A stretch of DNA of 64,000 nucleotides from Phyllobates terribilis. Its lineage: Eukaryota. The notes beneath the pieces were generated by a model. It made no database searches, had not been told where the DNA came from, and saw only the letters and a program-made list of their open reading frames with translations. Position numbers and translations under genes: made by a program. Shown piece by piece: positions 14,636 to 28,872 of this stretch. Position 1 is the first letter of the stretch. Each line of letters begins with the position of its first letter. Location of the stretch: the NCBI RefSeq assembly GCF_046119375.1, contig NW_027362764.1:799366001-799430000 (forward strand), read 5' to 3'.

Positions 14636-17503
14636 CACATGTTTCCAGGGGAGAGGAGCCGCTCAGTGCAGCCACATGTTTCCAGGGGAGAGGAGCCGCT
14701 CAGTGCAGCCACATGTTTCCAGGGGAGAGGAGCCGCTCAGTGCAGCCACATGTTCCTCGGGGAGAGGAGCCGCTCAGTGCAGCCACATGTTCCTCGGGGA
14801 GAGGAGCCGCTCAGTGCAGCCACATGTTCCTCAGGGAGAGGAGCCGCTCAGTGCAGCCACATGTTCCTCGGAGAGGAGCCGCCACATGTTCCCAGGGGAG
14901 AGGAGCCGCTCAGTGCAGCCACATGTTCCTCGGGGAGAGGAGCCGCTCAGAGCAGCCACATGTTCCCAGTGGAGAGGAGCCGCTCAGTGCAGCCACATGT
15001 TCCTCGGGGAGAGGATCCGCTCAGTGCAGCCACATGTTCCTCGGGGAGAGGAGCCGCTCAGTGCAGCCACATGTTCCCAAGGGAGAGGAGCCGCTCAGTG
15101 CAGCCACATGTTTCCAGGGGAGAGGAGCCGCTCAGTGCAGCCACATGTTTCCAGGGGAGAGGAGCCGCTCAGTGCAGCCACATGTTTCCAGGGGAGAGGA
15201 GCCGCTCAGTGCAGCCACATGTTCCTCGGGGAGAGGAGCCGCTCAGTGCAGCCACATGTTCCTCGGGGAGAGGAGCCGCTCAGTGCAGCCACATGTTCCT
15301 CGGAGAGGAGCCGCCACATGTTCCCAGTGGAGAGGAGCCGCTCAGTGCAGCCACATGTTCCTCGGGGAGAGGAGCCGCTCAGAGCAGCCACATGTTCCCA
15401 GTGGAGAGGAGCCGCTCAGTGCAGCCACATGTTCCTCGGGGAGAGGATCCGCTCAGTGCAGCCACATGTTCCTCGGGGAGAGGAGCCGCTCAGTGCAGCC
15501 ACATGTTCCCAAGGGAGAGGAGCCGCTCAGTGCAGCCACATGTTTCCAGGGGAGAGGAGCCGCTCAGTGCAGCCACATGTTTCCAGGGGAGAGGAGCCGC
15601 TCAGTGCAGCCACATGTTCCTCGGGGAGAGGAGCCGCTCAGTGCAGCCACATGTTCCTCGGGGAGAGGAGCCGCTCAGTGCAGCCACATGTTCCTCGGAG
15701 AGAGGAGCCGCCACATGTTCCCAGGGTAGAGGAGCCGCTCAGTGCAGCCACATGTTCCTCGGGGAGAGGAGCCGCTCAGAGCAGCCACATGTTCCCAGTG
15801 GAGAGGAGCCGCTCAGTGCAGCCACATGTTCCTCGAGGAGAGGATCCGCTCAGTGCAGCCACATGTTCCTCGGGGAGAGGAGCCGCTCAGTGCAGCCACA
15901 TGTTTCCAGGGGAGAGGAGCCGCTCAGTGCAGCCACATGTTCCTCGGGGAGAGGAGCCGCTCAGTGCAGCCACATGTTCCTCGGGGAGAGGAGCCGCTCA
16001 GTGCAGCCACATGTTCCTCGGAGAGAGGAGCAGCCACATGTTCCTCGGAGAGAGGAGCCGCCACATGTTCCCAGGGGAGAGGAGCCGCTCAGTGCAGCCA
16101 CATGTTTCCAGGGGAGAGGAGCCGCTCAGTGCAGCCACATGTTCCTCGGGGAGAGGAGCCGCTCAGTGCAGCCACATGTTCCTCGGGGAGAGGAGCCGCT
16201 CAGTGCAGCCACATGTTCCTCGGAGAGAGGAGCAGCCACATGTTCCTCGGAGAGAGGAGCAGCCACATGTTCCCAGGGGAGAGGAGCCGCTCAGTGCAGC
16301 CACATGTTCCTCGGGGAGAGGAGCCGCTCAGAGCAGCCACATGTTCCCAGTGGAGAGGAGCCGCTCAGTGCAGCCACATGTTCCCAGTGGAGAGGAGCTG
16401 CTCAGTGCAGCCACATGTTCCTCGGGGAGAGGAGCCGCTCAGTGCAGCCACATGTTCCCAGGGGAGAGGAGCCGCTCAGTGCAGCCACATGTTTCCAGGG
16501 GAGAGGAGCCGCTCAGTGCAGCCACATGTTCCTCGGGGAGAGGAGCCGCTCAGTGCAGCCACATGTTCCTCGGGGAGAGGAGCCGCCACATGTTCCCAGG
16601 GGAGAGGAGCCGCTAAGAGCAGCCACATGTTCGCAGTGGAGAGGAGCCGCTCAGAGCAGCCACATGTTCCCAGTGGAGAGGAGCCGCTCAGAGAAGCCAC
16701 ATGTTCCCAGTGGAGAGGAGCCGCTCAGTGCAGCCACATGTTCCTCGGGGAGAGGATCCGCTCAGTGCAGCCACATGTTCCTCGGGGAGAGGAGCCGCTC
16801 AGAGCAGCCACATGTTCCCAGTGGAGAGGAGCCGCTCAGTGCAGCCACATGTTCCCAGTGGAGAGGAGCCGCTCAGTGCAGCCACATGTTCCCAGTGGAG
16901 AGGAGCCGCTCAGTGCAGCCACATGTTCCTCGGGGAGAGGAGCCGCTCAGAGCAGCCACATGTTCCCAGTGGAGAGGAGCCGCTCAGTGCAGCCACATGT
17001 TCCCAGTGGAGAGGAGCCGCTCAGTGCAGCCACATGTTCCTCGGGGAGAGGAGCCGCTCAGAGCAGCCACATGTTCCCAGTGGAGAGGAGCCGCTCAGTG
17101 CAGCCACATGTTCCCAGTGGAGAGGAGCCGCTCAGTGCAGCCACATGTTCCCAGGGGAGAGGATCCGCTCAGTGCAGCCACATGTTCCTCGGGGAGAGGA
17201 GCCGCTAAGTGCAGCCACATGTTCCCAGGGGAGAGGAGCCGCTCAGTGCAGCCACATGTTCCTCGGAGAGAGGAGCCGCCACATGTTCCTCGGGGAGAGG
17301 AGCCGCTCAGAGCAGCCACATGTTCCCAGTGGAGAGGAGCCGCTCAGAGCAGCCACATGTTCCCAGTGGAGAGGAGCCGCTCAGTGCAGCCACATGTTCC
17401 TCGGAGAGAGGAGCCGCCACATGTTCCTCGGGGAGAGGAGCCGCTCAGAGCAGCCACATGTTCCCAGTGGAGAGGAGCCGCTCAGAGCAGCCACATGTTC
17501 CCA
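14636..17503. repeat. About 2.9-kb 37-bp minisatellite GAGGAGCCGCTCAGTGCAGCCACATGTTCCTCGGGGA
   Basis: Directly visible tandem array with 38-bp and deleted variants. It abuts the H3 downstream spacer at ccagttataaag. Confidence 0.97.
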
Positions 17504-17662
17504 GTTATAAAGCTGCATACAGGTCGCATCACTGGGCTCAGCTCCATCACAGGCATAATCTGACAGCAACCGCAGCAGTGAGAACAGCACCGACATCCCG
17601 CAGCCCAGGCCGCTTCTGAGGGATCAGAGTAATAGAGATCAGCTCGTCTTGGAGGATTTGGT

Positions 17663-17678
17663 GGCTCTGAAAAGAGCC
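17663..17678 (-). promoter_or_regulatory. Histone 3' stem-loop (H3 unit A)
   Basis: GGCTCT-TTTC-AGAGCC then ACCA; downstream GACGAGCTG. Confidence 0.92.
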
Positions 17679-17707
17679 TTTGTGTTGTTCTCGGGGCCCG
17701 GGCAGAT

Positions 17708-18172
<465 letters not shown>

Positions 18173-19157
18173 TTATACTCGTGTGCGCGTCCTCATTGGT
18201 CTGTGGGAATTACGCCCCCTGCACGCCATTGGTTCTTATATTAAAAAGCGACCAATAAACACCCGATGCTTTTGTCAGCTATAATAAGAATCTGTCCCGC
18301 TACTCGCGAATGGTGAGAAAAATACAAGAAATAAAGAGCAGAAATGCGAAGAGAAAACTTCTAGTGATCTATGGAGAATAAATGTATGAAAACCCTCCCC
18401 GATAATAATTCATGGGAATCTACTGTATAGTCCACAGTCCTTGTTTGCTGGATCAGTCCAGGTGATGATTATTATTCAGCTTTATGCATCATCACACGTC
18501 GCTTCCAGACCGGTGACCGCTGCTGCCCATCACATCCGCCTCTATGATGACTTGTCACCTGCCGCTGCCCGGGGACTCGTCACGTGTCGCTTCCTTTCCT
18601 TATGGATACATAAGGTCCTGTATTGCCTGCACATGAGGAAAGAGACATAGCGAATCAGAAGAACTATACTACATTTCTAATTAGAGATATTTGCTAATAT
18701 TCTTATTACACCTACTACATATTGGGATGGGATCTTGGAGATGAGAATACCCCTTTAATTTCGCGCTTAATCGCTGCTGGTTTCTTCCGGTGATTGTGCA
18801 ATACGCGGTGTGAGATCGGGCGATCAGGTTGTGCTCAGTGATCGGCGGCCGCTTTCCTTCCACACAGGAGTGCGATTCCCGGATTAGTTGCGCGGTATCC
18901 GCTCCTCCCCGCAGCCGGTATTATAGCGATGTGATTCATCCGTCAGACCGAGCACAGGAGATCGCTGTCGGCTGGAGCTCCGGCCGCACTTTACACTGAC
19001 GCGGATATTAGTGATCTCTCCCCTCCGTCCCCAGCACCTGACGCTGCAGGGAGCGGATCTAACACCGCGGCGCCTCCTGCTCCAGACCCGAGATCCCGTC
19101 ACCTCATTACTGCATTCATCCAGCAGGAATCACAGCTTCTCCACTGTACATGTGGGG

Positions 19158-19173
19158 GGCTCTGATAAGAGCC
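19158..19173 (-). promoter_or_regulatory. Histone 3' stem-loop (H4 unit A), UAUC loop
   Basis: GGCTCT-TATC-AGAGCC then CCCCAC; downstream GAGAAGCTGTG. Confidence 0.88.
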
Positions 19174-19205
19174 TTTGGGGGGTGAGGATGGAGCGGAGAA
19201 CACAA

Positions 19206-19690
<485 letters not shown>

Positions 19691-19926
19691 CAGTTGGTGA
19701 TTTTGAATTTCCCGCTCATTGTGCTGTAATTTTCCGGCTTCTCTCCTCATCTCGGGGCCGCTGCTGCTCGGAGACTGGAGATCCTGCCTGCTCCAATAAT
19801 GACAGCGGGAGATCCAGGCTGGAAATAGATCAATCTCTGGGAGATCATCATCGATCAGACGCCTCCACCGGCCTGGAGAGCGAAGGGTGTGTGACATCAG
19901 AGGGAAATCAGCGGAAAAGTGGATAT

Positions 19927-20050
19927 AGCTCAGTGGGTATAATCCCTTCTATTAGGGTTTAGCTCAGTGGGTATAATCCCTTCTATTAGTGTTTAGCTCA
20001 GTGGGTATAATCCCTTCTATTAGGGTTTAGCTCAGTGGACATAATCCTTT
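19927..20050. repeat. 34-bp tandem repeat AGCTCAGTGGGTATAATCCCTTCTATTAGGGTTT, about 3.5 copies (2 in unit B)
   Basis: Unit starts at 19927, 19961, 19995 and 20029. Confidence 0.85.
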
Positions 20051-20091
20051 CTGCATATAATCATCTATTAGTGCTTGGCACAGTAGCTATA

Positions 20092-20444
20092 ATCATACAG
20101 CTCTGCAGTCACAAGGTGGTGACACTGATCATACAGCTCTGCGGGGAGAAGGTGGTGGCACTGATCATACAGCTCTGCAGTGACAAGGTGGTGGCACTGA
20201 TCATACAGCTCTGCAGTGACAAGGTGGTGACACTGATCATACAGCTCTGCAGTGACAAGGTGGTGACACTGATCATACAGCTCTGCAGTGACAAGGTGGT
20301 GACACTAATCATACAGCTCTGCAGTGACAAGGTGGTGACACTAATCATACAGCTCTGCTGGGACAAGGTGGTGACACTGCTCATACAGCTCTGCTGGGAC
20401 AAGGTGGTGGCACTGCTCATACAGCTCTGCTGGGACAAGGTGGT
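20092..20444 (-). repeat. 36-bp tandem array (10 copies) of the H1 cleavage site plus HDE (U7-binding) segment
   Basis: Unit ATCATACAGCTCTGCAGTGACAAGGTGGTGACACTG at 36-bp spacing, directly abutting the H1 stem-loop. On the mRNA strand it reads CCACCTTGTC...GCAGAGCTGTAT. Confidence 0.9.
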
Positions 20445-20460
20445 GGCTCTGATAAGAGCC
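20445..20460 (-). promoter_or_regulatory. Histone 3' stem-loop (H1 unit A), UAUC loop
   Basis: GGCTCT-TATC-AGAGCC then ACCAC. Confidence 0.9.
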
Positions 20461-20489
20461 TTTGTGGTAGGAGGACAGAGCGGCTCCGC

Positions 20490-21131
20490 TTATTTCTTGG
20501 CCGCGGGCTTCTTGGCTTTAGTTGCCTTCTTAGCCGGACTCTTGGCAGCTTTTGGTTTGGCCGCCTTCTTAGCAGGGCTCTTAGTCACCTTCTTGGGCTT
20601 CGGAGCGGCCTTCGGCTTCTTGGGGCTCTTGGTTGCTTTCTTGGCCGCGGCTGCTGCGGGCTTCTTGGCCTTTTTCGGACTTTTCTTGGCCGCGGTCGGA
20701 GCCTTCTTGGGCTTCTTTGGGGATTTTGCCGCGGGTTTCTTGGGTTTGGCAGCAGCCGCCGGCTTCTTCTTGGCCGGCTTGTCCTTGGTCTCCTGTTTCT
20801 TGTTCAGCTTGAAGGAGCCGGAGGCGCCGCTGCCCTTCACCTGGAGCAGGGACTCCTTGGCGACCAGAGTCCTGACGGCCTGCTTCAGGCGGCTGTTGTT
20901 CTTCTCCACATCGTACCCGCCGGCAGCCAGAGCCTTCTTCAGGGCGGCCAGAGACACCCCGCTGCGCTCCTTAGAGGCGGACACGGCTTTCACGATCAGA
21001 TCGGACACGCTGGGACCGGAGGATTTCTTGCTCTTTTTGGCGCCCCCTGCGGCGGATTTCTTCGACTGCTTCTTGGCTTTGCCGGCCGGTTCGGCGGGAG
21101 GAGGAGCGGCGGCTGGCGCGGTCTCTGCCAT
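20490..21131 (-). CDS. H1: Linker histone H1, 213 aa
   Basis: [11 protein letters not shown]..., globular domain [45 protein letters not shown]...[13 protein letters not shown]-rich tail. Confidence 0.97.
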   Translation of the reverse strand: MAETAPAAAPPPAEPAGKAKKQSKKSAAGGAKKSKKSSGPSVSDLIVKAVSASKERSGVSLAALKKALAAGGYDVEKNNSRLKQAVRTLVAKESLLQVKGSGASGSFKLNKKQETKDKPAKKKPAAAAKPKKPAAKSPKKPKKAPTAAKKSPKKAKKPAAAAAKKATKSPKKPKAAPKPKKVTKSPAKKAAKPKAAKSPAKKATKAKKPAAKK

Positions 21132-21189
21132 TGTGTGATGAGGAACAGACACAAGAATCTTCTGGAAGGAAAACACTGAGGACGGAGCT

Positions 21190-21330
21190 AGAGGCGCCTC
21201 TTATATATACAGTCACACTGCGCACTGATTGGCTGCTTCCTCCTGAGCTTCTATTGGCTGACACTGGACACAGGCCCCGCCCCTCCTGTCTGAGCCGAGT
21301 GAAGCTCCGCTCTCCCTTGTGCTTCCCTGC
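21190..21330 (-). promoter_or_regulatory. H1 promoter: TATA, two CCAAT, GC box, H1-box-like AAGCACA
   Basis: ttatatata about 21201, gattgg and tattgg, ccccgcccc about 21275, tgtgctt about 21318. Confidence 0.65.
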
Positions 21331-21660
21331 CCAGGATAAGAGCCCATTGCCGGCCAGGACCGGGCAGCAGAGCGCGCTTCCTCCGTGTCCTCCTCCTCCC
21401 TGACATCTCCCCTACATGTCTACAGCCGTCACTGGCGGAGGAGTAGGCAGGAAGGAGCCGGAGGATCCGGGATCTCCCCATAGTCCTCCCGGGCTGCACC
21501 TCACTGTGTATCTGCGGAGATAAAACTGCTGCGGGAGCTCGTCCCTTCTATTCCCGGCACCGGTCACCATCACCGGGATCTGTGCCCCGATCTGTATCGT
21601 GCAGGAAGCTGATTGTACGATGTGAGGACGACCTGGATCTGCTGAGAGGCCGGAAGGAGA

Positions 21661-22783
21661 CACAGACGGCGGCTCCGCTCCCTGCAGCTCCTCTCCTGTT
21701 ATATATATATATATCCAGTGTGTGCAGAGTATGGGGGACACAGGCGGCTCCTCTCCCTGCAGCTCCTCTCCTGTTATACCTATATCCAGTGTGTGCAGTG
21801 TATGGGGGACACAGGCGGCTCCTCTCCCTGCAGCTCCTCTCCTGTTATATATATATCCAGTGTGTGCAGTGTATGGGGGACACAGGCGGCTCCTCTCTCT
21901 GCAGCTCCTCTCCTGTTATATATATATCCAGTGTGTGCAGTGTATGGGGGACACAGGCGGCTCCTCTCCCTGCAGCTCCTCTCCTGTTATATATATATCC
22001 AGTGTGTGCAGTGTATGGGGGACACAGGCGGCTCCTCTCCCTGCAGCTCCTCTCCTGTTATATATATCCAGTGTGTGCAGAGTATGGGGGACACAGGCGG
22101 CTCCTCTCCTTGCAGCTCCTCTCCTGTTTTATATATATATATATATATCCAGTGTGTGCAGTGTATGGAGGACACAGGCGGCTCCTCTCCCTGCAGCTCC
22201 TCTCCTGTTATATATATCCAGTGTGTGCAGTGTATGGGGGACACAGACGGCTCCGCTCCCTGCAGCTCCTCTCCTGTTATATATATATATCCAGTGTGTG
22301 CAGTGTATGGGGGGACACAGGCGGCCCCCCCCCCCTGCAGCTCCTCTCCTGTTATATATATATATCCAGTGTGTGCAGTGTATGGGGGACACAGGCGGCT
22401 CCGCTCCCTGCAGCTCCTCTCCTGTTATATATATATATCCAGTGTGTGCAGTGTATGGGGGACACAGGCGACTCCGCTCCCTGCAGCTCCTCTCCTGTTA
22501 TATATATCCAGTGTGTGCAGTGTATGGGGGACACAGGCGGTTCCTCTCCCTGCAGCTCCTCTCCTGTTATATATATATATCCAGTGTGTGCAGTGTATGG
22601 GGGACACAGGCGGCTCCGCTCCCTGCAGCTCCTGTCCTGTTATATATATATATATCCAGTGTGTGCAGTGTATGGGGGACACAGGCGGCTCCGCTCCCTG
22701 CAGCTCCTCTCCTGTTATATATATATCCAGTGTGTGCAGTGTATGGGGGACACAGGCGGCTCCACTCCCTGCAGCTCCTCTCC

Positions 22784-22819
<36 letters not shown>

Positions 22820-23131
22820 ATATATATCTATCCAGTGTGTGCAGTGTATGGGGGACACAGGCGACTCCGCTCCCTGCAGCTCCTCTCCTGTTATATATAT
22901 CCAGTGTGTGCAGTGTATAGGGGACACAGGCGGTTCCTCTCCCTGCAGCTCCTCTCCTGTTATATATATCCAGTGTGTGCAGTGTATGGGGGACACAGGC
23001 GACTCCGCTCTCTGCAGCTCCTCTCCTGTTATATATATATATATCCAGTGTGTGCAGTGTATGGGGGACACAGGCGGCTCCGCTCCCTGCAGCTCCTCTC
23101 CTGTTATATATATATCCAGTGTGTGCAGTGT
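21661..23131. repeat. H1-upstream minisatellite: about 61-bp fixed core plus variable (TA)n
   Basis: TCCAGTGTGTGCAGTGTATGGGGGACACAGGCGGCTCCGCTCCCTGCAGCTCCTCTCCTGT(TA)n. Further tracts at 23951-24173, 30603-32369, 40483-41692, 42740-43042 and 44669-44787. Confidence 0.96.
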
Positions 23132-23133
23132 GC

Positions 23134-23950
23134 AAGAGACTTGTTTGGGCTAAAGAACACAAGGAATGGACTTTAGACCAGTGGAAATTTGTGCTTTGGT
23201 CTGATGAGTTCAAATTTGAGATATTTGGTTCCAACCACCGTGTCTTTGTGCGACGCAGAAAATGTGAACGGATGGACTCTACATGCCTGGTTCCCACCGT
23301 GAAGCATGGAGGAGGAGGTGTGATGGTGTGGGGGGGCTTTGCTGGTGACACTGTTTGGGATTTATTCAAAATTGAAGGCATACTGAACCAGCATGGCTAC
23401 CACAGAATCTTGCAGCGGCATGCTATTCCATCCGGTTTGCGTTTAGTTGGACCATCATTTATTTTTCAACAGGACAATGACCCCAAACACACCTCCAGGC
23501 TGTGTAAGGGCTATTTGACCAAGAGGGAGACTGATGGGGTGCTACGCCAGATGACCTGGCCTCCACTGTCGCCAGACCTGAACCCACTCGAGATGGTTTG
23601 GGGTGAGCTGGACTGCAGAGTGAAGGCAAAAGGGCCAACTAGTGCTAAGCATCTCTGGGAACTCCTTCAAGATTGTTGGAAGACCATTTCTGGTGACTAC
23701 CTCTTGAAGCTCATCAAGAGAATGCCAAGAGTGTGCAAAGCAGTCATCAAAGCAAAAGGTGGCTACTGTGAAGAACCGAGAATATAAGACATATTTTCAG
23801 GTGTTTCACACTTTTTTGTTAAGTATATAATTCCACATGTGGTAATTCATAGTTTTGCTGCCTTCAGTGTGAATGTACAATTTTCATAGTCATGAAAATA
23901 CAGAAAAATCTTTAAATGAGAAGGTGTGTCCAAACTTTTGGTCTGTACTG
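23134..23950 (+). mobile_element. Tc1 (DD34E) copy, 3' half with right TIR
   Basis: LWSDEFKF, FQQDNDPKH, SPDLNPLE; ends TTTTGGTCTGTACTG-TA. Confidence 0.93.
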
Positions 23951-24173
23951 TATATATATCCAGTGTGTGCAGTGTATGGGGGACACAGGCGGCTCCGCTC
24001 CTTGCAGCTCCTCTCCTGTTATATATATATCCAGTGTGTGCAGTGTATGGGGGACACAGGCGACTCCGCTCCCTGCAGCTCCTCTCCTGTTATATATATA
24101 TATATCCAGTGTGTGCAGTGTATGGGGGACACAGGCGACTCCGCTCCCTGCAGCTCCTCTCCTGTTATATATA

Positions 24174-25354
24174 CAGTACAGACCAAAAGTTTGGACACAC
24201 CTTTTCATTTAAAGATTTTTCTGTATTTTCATGACTATGAAAATTGTACATTCACACTGAAGGCATCAAAACTATGAATTACCACATGTGGAATTATATA
24301 CTTAACAAAAAAGTGTGAAACAACTGAAAATATGTCTTATATTCTAGGTTCTTCACAGTAGCCACCTTTTGCTTTGATGACTGCTTTGCACACTCTTGGC
24401 ATTCTCTTGATGAGCTTCAAGAGGTAGTCACCGGAAATGGTTTTCCAACAATCTTGAAGGAGTTCCCAGAGATGCTTAGCACTTGTTGGCCCTTTTGCCT
24501 TCACTCTGCGGTCCAGCTCATCCCAAACCATCTCGATTGGGTTCAGGTCTGGTGACTGTGGAGGCCAGGTCATCTGGCGTAGCCCCCCATCACTCTCCTT
24601 CTTGGTCAAATAGCCCTTACACAGCCTGGAGATGTGTTTGGGGTCATTGTCCTGTTGAAAAATAAATGATGGTCCAACTAAACGCAAACCGGATGGAATA
24701 GCATGCCGCTGCAAGATGCTGTGGTAGCCATGCTGGTTCAGTATGCCTTCAATTTTGAATAAATCCCCAACAGTGTCACCAGCAAAGCCCCCCCACACCA
24801 TCACACCTCCTGCTCCATGCTTCACGGTGGGAACCAGGCATGTAGAGTCCATCCGTTCACCTTTTCTCCGTCGCACAAAGACACGGTGATTGGAAATAAA
24901 AATCTCAAATTTGGACTCATCAGACCAAAGCACAGATTTCCACTGGTCTAATGTCCATTCCTTGTGTTCTTTAGCCCAAACAAGTCTCTTCTGCTTGTTG
25001 CCTGTCCTTAGCAGTGGTTTCCTAGCAGCTATTTTACCATGAAGGCCTGCTGCACAAAGTCTCCTCTTAACAGTTGTTGTAGAGATGTGTCTGCTGCTAG
25101 AACTCTGTGTGGCATTGACCTGGTCTCGAATCTGAGCTGCTGTTAACCTGCGATTTCTGAGGCTGGTGACTCGGATAAACTTATCCTCAGAAGCAGAGGT
25201 GACTCTTGGTCTTCCTTTCCTGGGGCAGTCCTCATGTGAGCCAGTTTCTTTGTAGCGCTTGATGGTTTTTGCAACTGCACTTGGGGAAACTTTCAAAGTT
25301 TGGCCAATTTTTCGGACTGACTGACCTTCATTTCTTAAAGTAATGATGGCCACT
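24174..25354 (-). mobile_element. Tc1 (DD34E) copy missing its 5' TIR and first about 12 codons; remaining ORF open (24337-25353)
   Basis: TA-CAGTACAGACCAAAAGTTTGG terminus; 338-aa ORF with WSDESKF, QQDNDPKH, SPDLNPIE. Confidence 0.93.
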
Positions 25355-25587
25355 CATGGCACTTCTTGCCATCCTGCTTCCCACGGAAAAATCCGCATCA
25401 TGGGCACAGCACATGCGGATTTCAATTGGGGAACATTGCTGCCCTTCTACCATGCGTTTTTAATGCTTTTCCGCAACTGCAAAAACGCCGCGGAAACGCA
25501 TTAAAAACGCATCATGTGAACTCAACCTAATACACACTATAGGAGACAGATGATCGGCGGCACCGGCTCTTATCAGGAGGATGTGGT

Positions 25588-25603
25588 GGCTCTTAAAAGA
25601 GCC
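25588..25603 (-). promoter_or_regulatory. Histone 3' stem-loop (H2A unit B)
   Basis: GGCTCT-TTTA-AGAGCC. Confidence 0.88.
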
Positions 25604-25632
25604 TTTGGTTGTGGACAGATCGGCTGCAGCGC

Positions 25633-26025
<393 letters not shown>

Positions 26026-27138
26026 TCAGCAGATAACAATCAGCAGAATGTGAGGAGCCCGCGCTGCTGGAGGTTTATATAAGCTGCTGCCCCGCCCTCC
26101 TCTCCTGTCATTGGACGGATCTGAAGCCGCTTATGGAGATCAGACTTGAGAAAACACCAATCAGCTGCAGGAGGGAAGGTGTGACGTCACATAGGTCAGA
26201 TCAATTTCTCACCCAACCGCCACCCGCCCTCATCACAGCAGCTCGTGAAAGCCGTTACGTTAACTCTTTACTGGCTGATTGCTTTCCTGCCTGTCGTCCG
26301 GGTGCAGACACAGCGATGCGATCTTTATCCTTAACCCTTGCCTGTCCTATGATCACATACGGGAACACAGAGCCGTCGCCTGCCCCCTCCCCTCAGGCTC
26401 TGCTGGTTACATTAAGACACGGACTGGCGCAGCGATCTCTTCTGCCATTAACCCTTTGTCATCATGATGGCGCCTGATCCAGTGCGGCCTCCTCTCAGCG
26501 GTTATTACAGATTGTGACGAACCGCACGAGAAACGCTCGTCCTGACCCCAAATATTACATGGAGAGAAAGAGCGGGAGAAGCGGGATCAGCCGAGCAGCA
26601 CCGAGCTAGAAACCGGCAAAGCGGAGGCAGAATTAACCCTTCAGTGTCTGACGTCCTATATGAGGGCGGTGGAGAATGTCGGCTACCGGCAGCAGAACCG
26701 AGAACTTACTGTAATATCAGCCAGAACCGAGGAGTGACGGGGAGAAGCCCCCTATAGACGGAGGGGAGGAGCCAGTGATAAACGTCCCCGACCCCGGAGT
26801 CCCGAGGACTGTGCGGAGGAGGCGGCGGATGAGCGCGGACATCTCTCTGCTCCGCAGACACTTCACGGATCATTTATCAGCCCCAGATGTAAGAGAGCGC
26901 CACCTGCTGATCACCTATAATATAACCACTGCCAGTTATAAAGCTGCATACAGGTCGCATCACTGGGCTCAGCTCCATCACAGGCATAATCTGACAGCAA
27001 CCGCAGCAGTGAGAACAGCACCGACATCCCGCAGCCCCGGCCGCTTCTGAGGGATCAGAGTAATAGAGATCAGCTCGTCTTGGAGGATTTGGTGGCTCTG
27101 AAAAGAGCCTTTGTGTTGTTCTCGGGGCCCGGGCAGAT

Positions 27139-27603
<465 letters not shown>

Positions 27604-28509
27604 TTATACTCGTGTGCGCGTCCTCATTGGTCTGTGGGAACCACGCCCCCTGCACGCCATTGGTTCTTATATTAAAAAGCGACCAATAAACACCCGATGC
27701 TTTTGTCAGCTATAATAAGAATCTGTCCCGCTACTCGCGAATAGTGAGAAAAATACAAGAAATAAAGAGCAGAAATGCGAAGAGAAAACTTCTAGTGATC
27801 TATGGAGAATAAATGTATGAAAACCCTCCCCGATAATAATTCATGGGAATCTACTGTATAGTCCACAGTCCTTGTTTGCTGGATCAGTCCAGGTGATGAT
27901 TATTATTCAGCTTTATGTATCATCATCATCACACGTCGCTTCCAGACCGGTGACCGCTGCTGCCCATCACATCCTCTCTATGATGACGATGATGCAGGTG
28001 GTGATCTCAGGCTGCTGTCGGTTTCTTCATGTGCGACACTGATTGGAGCAGATCCTCCCCCGCGCGCTGCGATGGTCGCTGCCGATCACTTCTGGATATT
28101 TGATGTCGTTTTCTTGTATCTGAGACTCTTCCGCCTCTCAGGTGATGGAGCTGCCCGGGGGGACTCTCACGTGTCGCTTCCTTTCCTTATGGATACATAA
28201 GGTCCTGTATTGCCTGCACATGAGGAAAGAGTCATAGCGAATCAGAAGAACTATACTACATTTCTAATTAGAGATATTTGCTCCGGCCGCACTTTACACT
28301 GACGCGGATATTAGTGATCTCTCCCCTCCGTCCCCAGCACCTGACGCTGCAGGGAGCGGAACTAACACCGCGGCGCCTCCTGCTCCAGACCCGAGATCCC
28401 GTCACCTCATTACTGCATTCATCCAGCAGGAATCACAGCTTCTCCACTGTACATGTGGGGGGCTCTGATAAGAGCCTTTGGGGGGGTGAGGATGGAGCGG
28501 AGAACACAA

Positions 28510-28872
<363 letters not shown>

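Noticed and set aside
14545-17619. Long repetitive ORFs over the 37-bp array, and similar ORFs over the H1-upstream satellite (21582-23176, 30525-32457, 40200-41798)
   Set aside because: Frame-cycling translations of minisatellites.
19927-20050. TAGCTCAGTGGG resembles a tRNA A-box
   Set aside because: No B-box or cloverleaf; it is simply a 34-bp tandem unit.
20092-20444. Regular short arrays as CRISPR-like
   Set aside because: No unique spacers, eukaryotic context, no cas genes.
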